A stretch of DNA of 64,000 nt, from NCBI RefSeq assembly GCF_009914755.1, contig NC_060926.1; one strand, given 5' to 3'. Position numbers and translations under genes: made by a program. The DNA is from the human T2T-CHM13v2.0 reference genome, Homo sapiens. Below are positions 51,765 through 64,000 of the stretch, in pieces. Within the stretch, counting starts at the first letter, position 1. Each line of letters starts with the position of its first letter. The notes beneath the pieces are model-generated. The model saw only the letters and a list, made by a program, of their open reading frames with translations. It searched no databases and was not told where the DNA came from.

Positions 51765-52769
51765 GTGGGGTGCTGATGGGAGTGGAGCCAGCTGGTTTTG
51801 TGGTTGCCAAGTCTATGTCTGCAATGTTGGTCAGCAGGGGCAGGGGATTGGACTGCACACCTGTGTGCTGGCAAGGCATGAAAAGCAAAACCTGCCCAAG
51901 TAGACACACACCAGTAAAGTGATATTGGGAGTTATTGAGGGTCCAGGGGAAGCTGCAGTATGTGGAGGTAGAGTGCAGGCTGGGGCTTGGCCATAGGGGT
52001 CAAGCTGAAGCTCTCTGCCACTCAAGAATGGTCTACCAGCACAGAAGCTATAGTGTGGGTCCCCAGGAAATCAGAGACTGCCCTCCAAGCAGGTGTAGCC
52101 AGGCTGGGGTCCCAGGAGAGGCCAGCAAACCAAGGGCTGTTCATGTTGAACTGGCCGCATCTGATAGGTAAGATCTCCCTGCAGAGATCTGGTCCAACAG
52201 TTTCCCTAGGGCTAAAATCTTCTATGAGAGCAGTTTGAGCCTGCGGGAGGGCTGTCCCTAACTCTGCTCCACTACAGAGGCTCCCGCATCAAACTCTCTG
52301 GGCTCTACACCAATTGTCTTGCTGCCTCTCTCACTTCTCTAAGCCACCCTCCTTGCCAACTTGAGTGTCCCTGTGGTGGTCAAGAGGTTTCTCATGCCCA
52401 TCTGCCTGAGGCCAGTGGCAAGAGCAGGTTGCTTCTTGCTAGTCCAACTCACCGGTTTCCCTGGAGCCATCGTGAGTTAGGAATGAGTCTTGGTGTGTGG
52501 TAGCCCCGAGCAGGATTTCCAGCTTTCTCCCTCTTCAGCCAAGGTTCTATCTTCCCTCAGTTGACTCTTGGTAGTTTCCGTCTGAAGATCTGTTAGGAGG
52601 ACACCAGTCGTCTTGGTCCCTCGGTGGGAGCTTTTACACCTGGCTGCATCTAATTGGCCATCTTGCCCTCCCCTATGTTTTATCTTTTTATCCTGTCTAA
52701 CTGAAACAAAATTAATAGCTTGCAAAAAGTTATATAATTAAATGAGATTTTTTTGTGATTAACTCAAGT

Positions 52770-53560
52770 TTTTCAAATTAAATGTATTTTTAGAGTAGTT
52801 TTATGGAAAAAATATAAACAAAATAGACAGTTATCATATATCCCATACCCAGTTTCTCCTATCATTCACATCTTGCATTAGTATGGTACATTTGTTACAA
52901 TTAGTGAACCATACTGGCCATTGTTATTAACTAAAGTCCATACTTTACTCATATTTCCTTAGTTTTCATATAATGTCCTTTTTCTGTTCTAGGATCCCAT
53001 CCAGGACACCATATTATATTTACTCTTCATGTCTCCATAGGCTGTGACAGTTGCTTAGAATTTATTAGTTTTTGATGATCTTGATGATTTTGAGTATTTC
53101 TAGCTAGGTATTTTGTAGAGTGACCCTGAATTGGAATTTGTTTGACGTTTTTCTCATGATTTGAATGGGATTATGGATTTTGAGGAGAAAGACCACAAAG
53201 TTAAAGTCCTACTTCTATTTCTTCAAATCTTATCAGGGGAACATGATATGAATTTGAGCACCTGGCAGGCATTTTTGTAACATTTTTCATTATAAAGTTA
53301 AACCTCCCTTTTCACACCGTATGCAGAAACTCACTATGTGCAGCCTATACTTAAGGAATGAAGAATTGTGCCTCATGGGCTTGAAGGTTGATTGTCTACA
53401 CAAATTGTTTCGAATTCTTCTCTATGGGAGATTTGTCTCTTCTCCCCATTTATTTATTCATTCAACCTTTCATAGACAGATTCATGGACATTTATTTCAT
53501 ATTTTGGGTTACGATCCAATACTACATTATTCATTTTGTTGTTCTAATTGTTCCAGTTTA
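52770..53560 (-). mobile_element. L1MC (MC1-3-like) 3' end
   Basis: CATCTTGCATTAGTATGGTACATTTGTTACAATT...AACTAAAGTCCATACTTTA...GGATCCCATCCAGGACACC. Confidence 0.82.
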
Positions 53561-54229
53561 AATGGGACATCTTAAGTTAGACAATTAAGTTGAAAGAAAA
53601 TAAAAGAAGTAAAAGTAAAACCAAGACATAGGTCAGCAAATAAAATAGATTTTACTTTCAATAATACTTTATTCTTACAATTCATTTTATGCATTCATTT
53701 CGTGATTGCTGACCTGATTGTACATAGAAAATCTGCTATATTAAGAAACCTAAAATGCATTTGATTTCTTTCTTCACTCTAAAGTAATGGATACTTATTT
53801 AACAAATTCAACAATGTAGTAAAGTAGAAGAAAGCAAATAATCACTCATAGTCCAACTGCCCAGAGTCAACCACTATTATAATTTTGCTGTATTATCTGC
53901 CATTTTTTCTAGTCATAGGTTTTATTTCTGTTCTGTCATGTTCTGAATATTTTAATTATTCAAAATTATATTTTATAATTTTCATAATTTTGTAAAGATA
54001 TTTTACCAAAAGTTAACAAATTCAATAATTTGTATCATGATAAATTTATGACACACTAAACAATAAGCATTTGCCATGGAATATCCCAGTGAATGAAAGC
54101 TACATGGTATAATTAACCATGCTCCTGCTTTGGATATTGTCTTTTGCTATTCTCCATAACCCCACACAATAGCCAGTAACACTCAAGTAGGATTTCTGCC
54201 AGAAATATTACTTTCATCCCTTCTACTTA

Positions 54230-56145
54230 ACATTGCAAAATAGAGCAACATCAGAAAAAGTCAACTAAACAGAGGCTTAAACAAAGCTGAGAGTGTTGTA
54301 ATATTTGGGAAAAATACGTAAGTTTCACTCAAAACAAGACGATCTCAAACTCATAAACAAGACAACCAATAGATACCAGCCCTCAGCTGACAGAGATGTT
54401 AGAATTCTCTAACACACATTTTAGAGACATCATAAAATTTCTTCAAAAAGCAATCATAAACATGCTCGAAACAAATTACAAATTTGTTTAAGATTGTAGC
54501 AAAGAAGAAAGTCTTAGCAAATAAACTATACAAAGAAGAACCAAACGAAAATCATTGAAAACATAACAACAGATTTTTAAATAATCCAGAAATCAAAAAG
54601 AAAAAATCTCAAAAAACCCCAATAAATATGGTACAGAATAAAAACAAAACTATAATGAATCAAAATTTGTGAGACATAGCTAAAGCAGTGCTGAGAGGGA
54701 AATGTACAGCTCTAGATGCATACATTAGAAAAGAAGCAAAGTCTTAAATCAGTAATGTAAGCTTGCAATTTCAAGGACCTAAATAGAAGAAAAAAATGAA
54801 TCCATATTAAACAAGAGGAAGAAAATAACAAAGGAAAACAAATTAATGAAATTTAAAACTGAAACTGATAGTGAAAATCAGTGAAACAAAGCGCTGGTTC
54901 TTTGAAAACATCAATAAAATCAACAAACCTGTACAAAATTTACAAAGAAAAAACATAAAAGACATAAATTACCAATAATATCTGATAGCAAACAGAACCA
55001 TCATTACAAACCTGTGGACATGAAAAGGTGATAATGTATGAACAACTTTACACACATAAATTTGGCTACTTAGTGGAAATGGACCTTTTTTTTCTTCAAA
55101 AACACAAACTATCACGACTCACTCAATGTGAAATAGATAATTTAAATAGTCTTATAACTATTAGTATTGAATTTGTAATTTTATAAACTCCTTCGAAGGA
55201 AATCTATAGCATCAGTTACTTCCACCAGAGAATTCTATCATATGATTAAAGAAGAATCAACACAATTCTACACAATTGCTCCCATAAACTAGAATAGATA
55301 GCACTTCTTAATTATTATTACCCTGATAACAAAACCATACAAAGAAATACAAAAAAGTTACAGACCAATATTCCTCATGAATACATATATAAAAATTCTT
55401 ATGAAACTATGGCAAATAGAGTTCTGCAATATATAAAAAGAATTATACATCATGACCACTTGGAGTTTAGCCCATCTACGCACTACAGGTTCAATATTCA
55501 AACATCAAGCAATGTGATTCGCCATAAATTAAGAGTGTAAAAATGAAAACATATGATTACTATCAATTGGTGCAGAAAAATTATTTGACAAAATTCAGCA
55601 TATTCACTCTGCAAAATAGAAAGAGAGATAAGCTACCTTTACTTGTTTGAGTATCTATGCAAAATTTACAACCAATATTACACTTAATGGTAAAAGATGG
55701 AATGCTTTCTCCTTAAGTTAGGGAACAAAGTTAGATTTTCACATCTCATCACTCTTATTCAACAAGCTGCTGAAGTTCTAGCCAATGTGATGAGGCAAGA
55801 AAAGAAACTAAGAGGCATAGAATTCAATAGAAAGAAATAAAACTATTCTTATTTGCAGTGGACTTGACTGTCTATATAAAAATGAAGAGCATATTGATGG
55901 TTGTCATGAGTTAAGAAGGCTGTGGCAGGGGTAGGATGCAGCTATCAAAGAGTAATATGAGAGATCCTTGTGGAGATGAAGTGTTCTGTATTTCGACTAC
56001 ATCAATATCTGTGTCCTCATTGTGATATTGTACTAAAGTTTTGCAAGATGTTACCATTGAAAAAATGAATAAAGGTTACATGGGATTTCTTTATATTATT
56101 TCCTGCAACTGCATGTAGATCTACCATTATCTCAAAATTAAAGGT
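54230..56145 (+). mobile_element. L1MD-like element, internally deleted, with 3' end
   Basis: CTAAAGCAGTGCTGAGAGGGAAAT and CTGGTTCTTTGAAAA ORF2 motifs; 3' end GTTTTGCAAGATGTTACCATTG...CAACTGCATGT...TATCTCAAAAT. Confidence 0.78.
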
Positions 56146-57169
56146 ACAGTTCTGTAACCACCACCAGAACCAGGATATAGACTAGTCCCCTCACTCCCAA
56201 AATTTCCTCATGCCACTTTGCTGTCAATTCCTCCCTTTATTTGCAGTCCTTGGCAACCACTGTTTTCTGTTTCTATATTTTTGCCCAATTCAAAATATTC
56301 TATAAACTGAATTATGTAGTATGTTGCATTTTAATTATGACCTTTTAAACTTAGCATCTCTTCCTCTCTCACTTTCTGTTCCCATTCACCTTCTCAGCTT
56401 GCAGCCCCATTCAGACATGTAATTTATCCTTCCCTTATTCAGATCCTATACAAGCAGTGGCCTCATAGGTTTTTTTAAGGCCTCTATACAACACACTTTG
56501 ATTTGAAAAAGTGAATGAGCACATTTGCAAAGTTCATTAAAGTAATGCTCAGATATACCTTGCTGTATATTGTGCAGATGATAATAAATTGGACTTTAAT
56601 AATTTGTGTTCTTTAAGAATCCCCAAAATACTTACTATGATTTCCCATCATGCTAAATACATTGCTGACTTCATTCCTTGAAAATTCATCCATGATACAA
56701 TGTTTGCCTTTTATGAGTAGATAAAGAACATTATTTTATATTAAACAGATACTACATCATACTTGCAGAGTTAGATTTCTTAGAAATGATTATTCTTGAC
56801 TACCATTTTTGAGAACACATTGTACTTCTTTATACACCAAGTGTGTTTTTCTACTTCATGTATCTAGTTGGTTGAACAACGTGGAACTTTACAGTCTAAG
56901 TTCTTAGTCAGAATGTTCCAAAAATCTATTTTCAAAAATGCGATTTTAATCAAGAGCAGAGTGTAAATTGATCTACAAGTACGTCTAATGAACTTATCAA
57001 AATTTCATAAGATTTAGTTTCTAACTTGGTACTTTGAGCATTCAGCACTACCTTCAACAAAATGCTAGGGCTTATTCACTAGCAGATGAAGTTCTCAACA
57101 CTTTGATGTATAAAATATTCTTGCTTGTCATTGATCTAAACGTCTTTTTAAGTCATCTTCCGAATACTC

Positions 57170-57400
57170 AAATGTATTCAATTTACCTTGCAGGTATTTA
57201 TTAAACATCAAAATCATTGCTAAATATGAAGAAGGCCTGGAGAAATACAAATAAAAGACTCAGTGTCTCTCTTCAAGGAACTCAGCCTAGTAGAGAAGAT
57301 AAACAATTAAATAAATGATTTACTATATTTTGAGTGGCAGATGTTTCCAAGGGGCTCTCAAATAGCACAAAGGAGGGATATGTTAGATATTCTAGCTGCC
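57170..57400 (-). mobile_element. L2 3' fragment
   Basis: TATTTATTAAACA...TCTTCAAGGAACTCAGCCTAGTAGAGAAGATAAACA. Confidence 0.5.
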
Positions 57401-59960
57401 AGATATTTTAGATCTGATACCCTTGCATGGAGATGTAACTAATAATAAATACCGAGAAAAATTACTTCATGTAATAAAGGCGAACGTGAGCAAAAGTTTG
57501 GGATTTTAAATGCTGGAATATAATGTTGAGAGGACAGAGGGAACTTGATAAACAGGAGAGATGCTACTTGAGAGACAGATAGGATTTGAAGGGTACATTG
57601 AGGTCCTGGGTGAATTTGATGAATGTGATTTTGATTTGACTACAAATTTCATAGCAGTGTGAAATTTCTGCATCAGATCTAAGCACCCAGAAGAAAGCTG
57701 GTTAGAAAGAAAGTAATGATTGAATTTGTATGTTAATTATTGGCTAGCTGGCCAGTTATCTAATTAGAAAGAAAAGTTGTAAGTCCCACTGCTTGCACTC
57801 AGTCTCAGAAGGTGAAAGCAACCAGGTTTGTTTTATTTGATGCTTTGTCTTTTTAATAAAATTATTCTTGTGAGACTGTCAATTGCATTTTTTTTTGAGA
57901 AAAACGCTGTCCACACTATTTGTATCACTAAGGATAATGCACAGATCTCTGGTTAAATGTAGAAAAAGTCAACATCCATCCAATTTCTGGAAATCATCAC
58001 AACTCTCAATAACCTGGAGCACAAGTGTTTGAAATAAAGTAGAACTAATTTAGGCTTCCCCTTGGGAACTAAAAGTGGACAAGAGAAAAAGGCAGAAGCA
58101 GAGTGTAGAAAGCAGAAAACCTAAACTCAGTAACAGGAAAAATAAATGGAAAAATGAATGACATAGGATAGAGATTACTATCTACTACAAATGTCATAGT
58201 TGACTATAGAGAACATCCTGTTTGAAAACTTGATTGAAATTATTCTTTGATATAGTTTACGTACATGGTTTTGTTTTGTGCTATTTTTCTGGAATCCACA
58301 GAAACAAAATATATGAGTAGTAAAGAAAATGTGGAGGGTTAGAATTCTGTTTACCAACATATGACAGAACTGAGCATACATTAGTGCCACCTGTGATCAA
58401 CAACAAAAAAATTCTATTCTTGCTGAACATGTTTGATACGGAGAATACAAGCATAAATGGAATTTAAAGACTAGTGGATAGTTTTTGGTAGATGGTCATT
58501 AGTTCATAAATCCTTACCTAATGTGAGAAACTGCAAACTCTGTGGCTGCCAGTATAATTAGAAAACTCCTTCCTCCTTAATAGACTGGCTGTAAGAAAAC
58601 TGATAGTATGTACTGAATAGGTAATTTTAATTTTCAAAACTATCAGAATATAACAAAAATGTTAATAAAAATAACCCAGTGCTTAATGATTCAAAAGACA
58701 CTCCCATCTTAGGTGTTTCATGTTTATTATCAGTGATATCAGTTAATACTATACTGGAAAACTGCAGAAGAATTAACCCATAGAGGGTTAATTGAGAGGA
58801 TATCAGTTAAACAACATTTTATTACAAAATATGTTAGTTGCCATGTTGAAGGTATAAAGCAACTGCAAGAATCAAATCATATACATCCCTACCGTGAACA
58901 CTGAAATCACTGCATGCCTCCAATATACAATATAATAACTTACATGCTCCAGATGATTAAAAGCAACTTGGTCTCCTCATCTTGGTGCTAGACTTCTTAT
59001 TGATAAGGAGTGCTCCTTATTTATCCTTATAACCCTAGTGCATAACACTGAACTTCAAATGTCAGTTCTTAATTAGTCTTTTGTCCAAACTAATTAACAA
59101 AATCAAAGAAACAAAGTATGTGCATTTGAAAATGATATTGTCCTATCCAATGGAAATTGTTGACTAGGTCACACAATAATGCAAAATGTCCTATAAATTT
59201 TTGTCCTCGGTGATATTATTAAGAAACAAATGTTAGCATGGTACAAGGCTGATGTTACTTTTTATGCAGCTGACAGGTAGTATATTGAGAATCTAAACCA
59301 CAAAATTCTAATTAACCCTGTATCTAGTCTAGGACTCAAGGTAAGTAAAACCTCTGGGGTTGCATTCTGTACATGAGTGCTACCGGCAAAACCTCCATCT
59401 GGGAAGCCTGTGGTAAAATACTCCATCCAAAAGCATAATGAAATCTAAAGGTATCTATGAGTATTCTATTCCTAATGCCTCTACAGTTTTACTTTAAATT
59501 CATGTGCTTTGATGTTTCCCAGGAGATCCAACTAAAACATAAAGAGAAAAATAAAATTGAAATGTTTCCAAAGAAACATTTGTTTCTTAAAACATGCAAA
59601 CTCCATAGAATAATGTAGGTGTATGTAAAGTATCATTAGAGAAGGGCAGAGGTTCTCAGAATTTATTAGACATGGGTGGGAAGGGGCTTGTCATTATTTT
59701 TGCAGCTGTATAGTGGGTTTCAAATTCAGGTCTAAATATATTTTAATAATTAGTAATTTAGCAAAAATTTAGGGAGGCAAATGAAAGGATAACTATTGTT
59801 AAGATTGCAGAAAAATGTGGGAGTTTAATTTTGAGCAACTTAAATTTTGGAGCCATTTATTAATGTCAATAATAATTACAATTATGACAACAATTGTAAG
59901 AATTTTATAGCTTGGAAAACTAACTGCTCTAGAGTGCTGACAAATCCATCTCATTTAATT

Positions 59961-62123
59961 TTTTTAAAAATTTTTGTGAGTACAGAGTAGATGTATATAT
60001 TTATGAGGTACATGAGATATTTGGATACAGGCATACAATGTATGACAATTTCATCAGGGTAAATGGGGTATCCATCCCCTCAAGCATTTGTTTTCTTTGT
60101 GTTACAAACAATCCAGTTGTTTACTTTTAGTTTTTAAATATACAATAAATTATCATTTACTGTAATCACCCTGTTGTGCTATCAAAGTCTAGATCTTATT
60201 CATTCTATCCAATGATATTTTTATACCCATTAACCATCCCTATTCCACCCACTCCATAACCCTTCCCAGCCTCTGGTAACCATCATTCTACTCTCTATGT
60301 CCATGAGTTCAGTTGTTTTAATTTTTAGCTCCCACAATAAGTGAGAACAGGCAAAGTTTGTTTTTCTATGCGTGCTTATTTCACTCAACATAATAATCTC
60401 CCATTCCACCTAAGTTGTTGCAAACAGGATCTTATTCTTTTTGATGGCTGAATAGTACACTTCATTGTGAATATGCACCACATTATCTTTATCTATTCTT
60501 CTGCTGATGGACACTTAGGTTGCTTCCAAATTTTGACTATTGTGAATAATGGTTGCTACAATAAACATGGGAGAGCAGTTATCTCCTCTATATACCGAGT
60601 TTCTTTCTTTTGGATATATACCCAGCAGTAGGATTTCTGGATGATATAGTAGGTCCAGTTTTAGTTTGTTGAGGAATCTCCAAACTGTTATCCACAGTGG
60701 TTATGCTAATTTACATTCTCACCAACGGTGTACAAGAGTTCCCTATTCTCCACATCCTCACCAGCATTTGTTATTGCCTATCTTGAATAACATCCCTTTT
60801 AGGTGAGGTGAGATAATATCTCATGGTAGTTTTGATTTGCATTTATCTGATTATCAATGATGTTGATCATCTTTTTATATACTTGTTTGCCATTTGTATG
60901 TCTGCTTTTCAGAAATGTCTATTCAGCTATTCTGCTCATTTTTAAATGAATTATTAGATATTTTCCTGTTGAGGTATTTGAGCTCCTTTTGTATTCTGGT
61001 TATTAGTCCCTTGTCAGAAGAAAGGTTTGAAGACTTTCCCCCATTCTGTGAATTTTCTCTTCACTTTGTTGATTGTATTCTTTGCTCTGCAGAAGATTTT
61101 TAACTTGATGTGATCTCATTTGTCCATTTTTGTTTTGATTGTGTTATGCTTGTGGGGTTTTACTCAAGAAGTCTTTGCCCCCAGACCAACGTCCTGGAGA
61201 GTTTCCCCAATGTTGTTTTTAATAGTTTCACAGTTTGATGTCTTAGATGTAAGTCTTTAATCCATTTTGATTTGATTGTTTTATATGATGAGAGACAGGG
61301 GTCTAGTTTCACTCTTCTGCATATGGATATCCAGTTTTCCTAGCACCATTTATTGAAGTGACCGTTCTTCCTGCAATGTACATTCTTGACACCTTTGTTG
61401 ACAATGAGTTCACTGTAGATGTATGGACTTGTTTATGGGTTCTCCATTCTGTTCCATTGGTCTAGGTGTCTGTTTTTATGGCACTACCAAACTGTTTTGG
61501 TCACTATTGGCTTCGTAGTATAATTTGAAGTTAGGTAATGTGATTCCTCAGGTTTTGTTCTTTTTGCTCAGGATACCTTTGGTTATTCTGCAACTTTTGT
61601 GTTTCCATATAAATTTTAGGATTTTTTTTTCTATTTCTGTGAAAAATGCCATTGATAATTTGATAAGGACTGTATTGACTCTGTAGATTCCTTTTGGACA
61701 TTTTAACAATATTGATTCTTCTAATCCATGAACACAGAATATCTCATTTTTTGGTGTCCCCTTCAATTTATTTTATCATTGTTTTATAGTTTTTATTGTA
61801 GAGATCTTTCATTAATTTAGTTAATTCCTAGGTATTTAATTTTGTTTGTAGCTATTGTAAATGGGATTATTTTCATGATCTCTTTTTCAGATTGTTTGCT
61901 ATTGGCATGTAGAAATGCTAGTGATTTTTATATGTTGATTTTGTATTCTGCAACTTTACTGAATTTGTTTATATGTTCTAATCTTTTTTGGTGGAGTCTT
62001 TAGGTTTTTCCAAATGTAAGATCCTATCATCATCTGCAAATAAGGGCAATTTGACTTCTTCCTTTCCAATGTAGATTCAATTTGTTTCTCTCTCTTATCT
62101 GATTGCACTAGCTAGGACTACCA
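59961..62123 (-). mobile_element. L1MA (MA2-4-like), 5'-truncated, ~2.2 kb
   Basis: 3'UTR TTTTGTGAGTACAGAGTAGATGTATATATTTATGAGGTACATGAGATATT; 19-bp TSD AAATC[C/T]ATCTCATTT[A/G]ATT at 59942 and 62124. Confidence 0.92.
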
Positions 62124-62966
62124 AAATCTATCTCATTTGATTCTCCTAAAGTACTCATGTAGTAAGCTAATAAAACCTTACACTTACCATCTTACACAAC
62201 TTGGAAAGAGAGTTGTAGAGGTTGCAGAGCTAGAGCCCTGCAATATACAATCAATTTGTTAACAATTGCCTGGAAAAATCCTTTGAGACTTCTCTATATT
62301 CTCAAGGTAGGAAGGCAAAACATTAACATTGCATCTTCACTTATAAGAGGGAGAAAACATTTTTTTAGTTGGTTTTTATCTCTATATTGAAAAGCCTCTG
62401 GATCCACTGCTTTTTTCCCACAACTTTTTTCATAAATCTTTATGTTTTCTTTCTTATTCTTCCTTTTACCAGGTTTTCATTCCTTCCTTATTAATTAAAA
62501 AATATTCTTGAGTACCTAGTATGGGCTAGGCACAGTTCCAGAAGTAAATGTAATATTTTTGGAGTTTCTGTTCTAATAAAATTACAGTTCACATTGAAAA
62601 TTTATATTGTCTTTGCCCTCTGCAGCAAAGCCCTAAACATATTATATTTTTATAACAAATAGGAAAACATATTCTATTTATACTTTTATATAAAATATGT
62701 TTTAAATGCTAGTTATAACTTTGTGTGTCCATGTATTTCAGTATGCCTACACATGGAAATTAATAACAATATTTTGGTCATTACTTTTCTCCAATTACCT
62801 AAAAATAATGTTTTCCAATAAAAAATAAAATATGTAACATTTTCTCTAAAATTTCCATTAGCAATAACGTTATTAACAATATTTAGTATTAACAATTACA
62901 TATCTTATTGTATCTTATTATTAACAAAAATAAAGATATAAAATTATACCTTTAAAGATATGCATC

Positions 62967-63275
62967 ACCTGGGTTTGATGGCTCAGGTCTGTATCCTTAG
63001 GCTTTGGGAGGCTAGGGTGGAGGATCACTTGAGGACAAGAATTCACGATCAGCTTGGGCAACATAGCAAAATCCCATCCTTACATGAAAAATAATTTAAA
63101 GATTACCTGGATGAGGTGGCTCTCACCTGTGGTCCTAGTCATTCAGGAAGCTGAGGCCAGAGGATTGCTTAGGCCCAGGAGTTTGAGGTTACAGTGAGCA
63201 ACTATTGCTCCACTGCACTGCAGCCCGAGTGAAGAGTGAGACTCTGTCTCTAAAAAAAAAAATAATAATAAATTA
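62967..63275 (+). mobile_element. AluJ (Jo/Jr-like)
   Basis: GGAGGATCACTTGAGG...GGCAACATAGCAA...GGATTGCTTAGGCCCAGGAGTTTGAGG; A-rich tail. Confidence 0.92.
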
Positions 63276-63377
63276 AAATGGATGTCATACATTCAGCAAG
63301 AAAACATAGGAAATGAAGAGATATAATAAATCATTGTAGAAGGAGAAAAGTGTGTTCTGTGAAACTTTACTCTCCCT

Positions 63378-63568
63378 CTGTGTGTCTCTGTCTCTCTGTA
63401 TGTCTGCATGTGTTTGTATTATAAGTTGAGATATGTGCATGAATTTGTATTTATATATACACATGTACTTATATACATGTGTATACATATATAATACATA
63501 CACCTATACAACATATAATATATATCATCTACATTATATATACACAAATATATACATATTCTATATAG
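63378..63568. repeat. Degenerate TG/TA/CA low-complexity tract
   Basis: Direct reading. Confidence 0.75.
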
Positions 63569-63834
63569 AACATTAAATGACTAGAGGACTTTCTATTTCT
63601 ATATCGGCACAGCTAACTCGACTATTCAAAGGCTGGATATTTTATTTTAGGGCTCGTTTTTTTCTCATCCTTTTTCTTATTATCGTCGGGCTTTGTGTTT
63701 CTTCTCCAATCAGTAACGTTTGCACAGAGTAAAGAAGGAGAAAGAAAAAGGTGACTTTAAGATAAATCTATTTTTCTACTTCTGAATAAAGTTTTAAAAG
63801 CAGAAAAGTTGAAAATTGGAGACTAGCGCTGAAG

Positions 63835-63878
63835 TTTTATCTGTGGTTGGCTTTTATCTGTGGGTGGCCTTTATCTGA
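63835..63878. promoter_or_regulatory. 17-bp tandem unit x2.6 carrying three GATA (AGATAA) motifs and one RUNX (TGTGGTT) motif; candidate enhancer
   Basis: TTTTATCTGTGGTTGGC TTTTATCTGTGGGTGGC CTTTATCTGA; the motifs are seen, function is inferred. Confidence 0.35.
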
Positions 63879-64000
63879 TCTCTAGTAGTTCCTCCCTTCT
63901 GTGGATTATAAAAATGAAGCCTCTATACAAAGAGTTTTGGGTACCGCTCATCTTACCACTTCATTCATTGGTCTAAAACTTCAGCCTCAGGAACTTAGAA

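Larger units (their letters stand above)
44078..52672 (-). mobile_element. Near full-length old L1PA (PA13-15/L1PREC2-like), decayed, with three nested insertions
   Basis: 3'UTR at 44.1 kb, ORF2 remnants (e.g. [20 protein letters not shown]), ORF1 region ~48.9-50.3 kb, and 5' end GGCAAGATGGCCAATTAGATGCAGCCAGG on the minus strand. Confidence 0.9.

Overview
Primate (human-like) non-coding genomic DNA, dominated by interspersed repeats. It holds 13 Alu copies or fragments (J, S and Y lineages), several L1s including a near full-length old L1PA on the minus strand, about 14 solo LTRs or LTR fragments (LTR12C/ERV9, LTR17/HERV-W, LTR19, LTR27/28, THE1D x2, MLT1, MLT2, MER57, MER74 and others), DNA transposon fossils (MER20, MER58A, Tigger4b, MADE1, Zaphod/MER115), MIR/L2 relics and simple repeats. 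I can support no protein-coding gene, RNA gene or CRISPR array. The longer ORFs in the track are explained by repeats, and I recognised no protein in the short ones. I did not find a new biological system. The most notable structures are a ~1.4 kb compound (CCTAT/CCCAT)n pentamer array with higher-order organisation, a ~130 bp fold-back palindrome, a full-length LTR12C with altered TATA-like and polyA motifs in a triple nested insertion, an intact HERV-W LTR inside an L1 5'UTR, a twin-primed inverted L1, a MADE1 (miR-548-type) hairpin and a triplicated GATA motif with a RUNX site. Family and subfamily names come from my recollection of consensus sequences, not from a database search, and boundaries of old repeats are approximate.
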